DNA of 64,000 nt from assembly GCF_004010195.1 (NCBI RefSeq), contig NC_057735.1:11349577-11413576 (forward strand), written 5' to 3'. Positions 62,785 to 64,000 of the stretch are shown here, piece by piece. Source of the stretch: Chiloscyllium plagiosum. Its lineage: Eukaryota. The notes beneath the pieces are model-generated. The model did not search any database. It saw nothing but the letters and a program-made list of their open reading frames with translations, and was not told the origin of the DNA. Each line of letters starts with the position of its first letter. Positions within the stretch are counted from its first letter, which is position 1. The translations under genes were made by a program, and so were the position numbers.

Positions 62785-64000
62785 TAGTCACTGACGCTGG
62801 GAATGGTCAGAGAGTGAGGGTCAGTGTGTTACGGTGGAAATGATCAGAGAATGAGGGTCAGTGTGTGCCCCTGGGAATGGTCAGAGAGTGAGGTTCAGTG
62901 TGTGACAGTGGGAATGGTCAAAGAGTGAGGTTCAGTGTGTGACCCTGGGAGTGGTCAGACAGTGAGGGTCAGTGTGTGACCATGGGAATGGTCAGGGAGT
63001 GTGGGTCAGTGTGTTACGGTGGAGATGCGCAGAGAATGAGGGTCAGTTTGTAATCCTGGGAATGGCCAGAGAGTGAGTGTCAGTATCTGACCCTGGAAAT
63101 AGTCAGAGAGAGAGGGTCGGTGTGTGACAGTGGGTATGGTCAGAGAGTGAGGTTCAGTGTGTGACGCTGGGAATGGTTAGAGAATGAGAGTCAGTCACTG
63201 ACCCTTGTAATGGTCAGAGAGCAAGGGTCAGTGTGTGACCCTGGGAATGGTCAGAGAGTGATGGTAAGTGTGTGACTCTGGGAATGGTCAGAGAGTGAAG
63301 GTCAGTGTGTGACCCTGGGAATGGTCAGAGAGTGAAGTTCAGTGTCTGACGCTGTGAATGGTTAGAGAATGAGAGTCAGTCACTGACCCTGGTAATGGTC
63401 AGAGAGTGAGGGTCAGTGTGTGACCCTGGGAATGGTCAGAGAGTGAGGATCGGTCACTGACCCTGGGAATTATCAGAAAGTGAGGGTCAGTGTGTGACCC
63501 TGGGAATGGTCAGAGAGTGAGGGTCAGACACTGACCCTGGGAATGGTCAGAGAGTGAGGGTCAGTGTATGACCCTGGGAATGGTCAGAGAGGGAAGGTCA
63601 CTGTGTGACCCTGGGAATGGTCAGAGAGTGAGGGTCAGTGTGTGACCCTGGGAATGATCAGAGAGTGAGGGTCGGTCACTGACCCTGGGAATGGTCAGAG
63701 AGTGAGGGTCAGTCACTGACCCTGGGAATGGTCAGAGAGTGAGGATCAGTTTGTGACGCTGGTAATGGTCAGAGAGTGAGGGTCAGTGAGTGACACTGGG
63801 AATGGTTAGAGAGTGAAGGTCAGTCACTGACCCTGTAAATGGTCAGAGAGTGAGGGTCAGTGTGTCACCCTGGGAATGATCAGAGAATGAAGTTCAGTCA
63901 CTGATCCTGTGAATGGTCAGAGAGTGAGTTTCAGTCACTGATACTGGGAATGGTCAGAGAGTGAGGGTCAGTAATTGACCCTGTGAACGGTCAGAGAGTG
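62785..64000. repeat. 37-bp minisatellite (GGGAATGGTCAGAGAGTGAGGGTCAGTGTGTGACCCT)n running off the window end
   Basis: Period 37 (for example gggaatgg at 63243 and 63280); roughly 33 units. Confidence 0.95.

Noticed and set aside
62785-64000. CRISPR-like array or mucin-stalk coding repeat
   Set aside because: Units are contiguous with no unique spacers, the context is eukaryotic, the period of 37 is not a multiple of 3, and there is no ORF.

Overview
Vertebrate genomic DNA, very probably from a shark or other cartilaginous fish (inferred from HE1-type V-SINEs, abundant CR1 LINEs and Penelope-like elements), with two assembly gaps (11108-11239, 49327-50144). Two tandem + strand genes of the CD300/pIgR/TREM-type Ig-V receptor family (MDIR-like) can be rebuilt from splice sites. 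Gene 1 lacks its 5' end in this window and has IgV 825-1160, a tentative stalk 2544-2607, TM 5342-5442 and cytoplasmic exons 9527-9582 and 16864-17055 with two ITIMs, so it is an inhibitory receptor. Gene 2 lacks its 3' end and has leader 22605-22653, IgV-D1 40628-40957, IgV-D2 51261-51584 and stalk 58000-58060. Most other ORFs in the track are retroelement debris or antisense noise. Notable non-genic structure: (1) Penelope-like elements and many short fold-back derivatives carrying minimal hammerhead-ribozyme cores in several sequence families; (2) a head-to-tail array of a ~1.7-kb non-coding poly(A)-ended unit (43818-50430), each copy starting at a TATA-type motif, with a CCAAT/TATA promoter at its head; (3) Tx1-clade LINE 3' ends whose A-tails abut a similar (A)n..GGAG motif; (4) nested transposon stacks and 41-bp and 37-bp minisatellites. 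All calls were made by eye, with no database searches.
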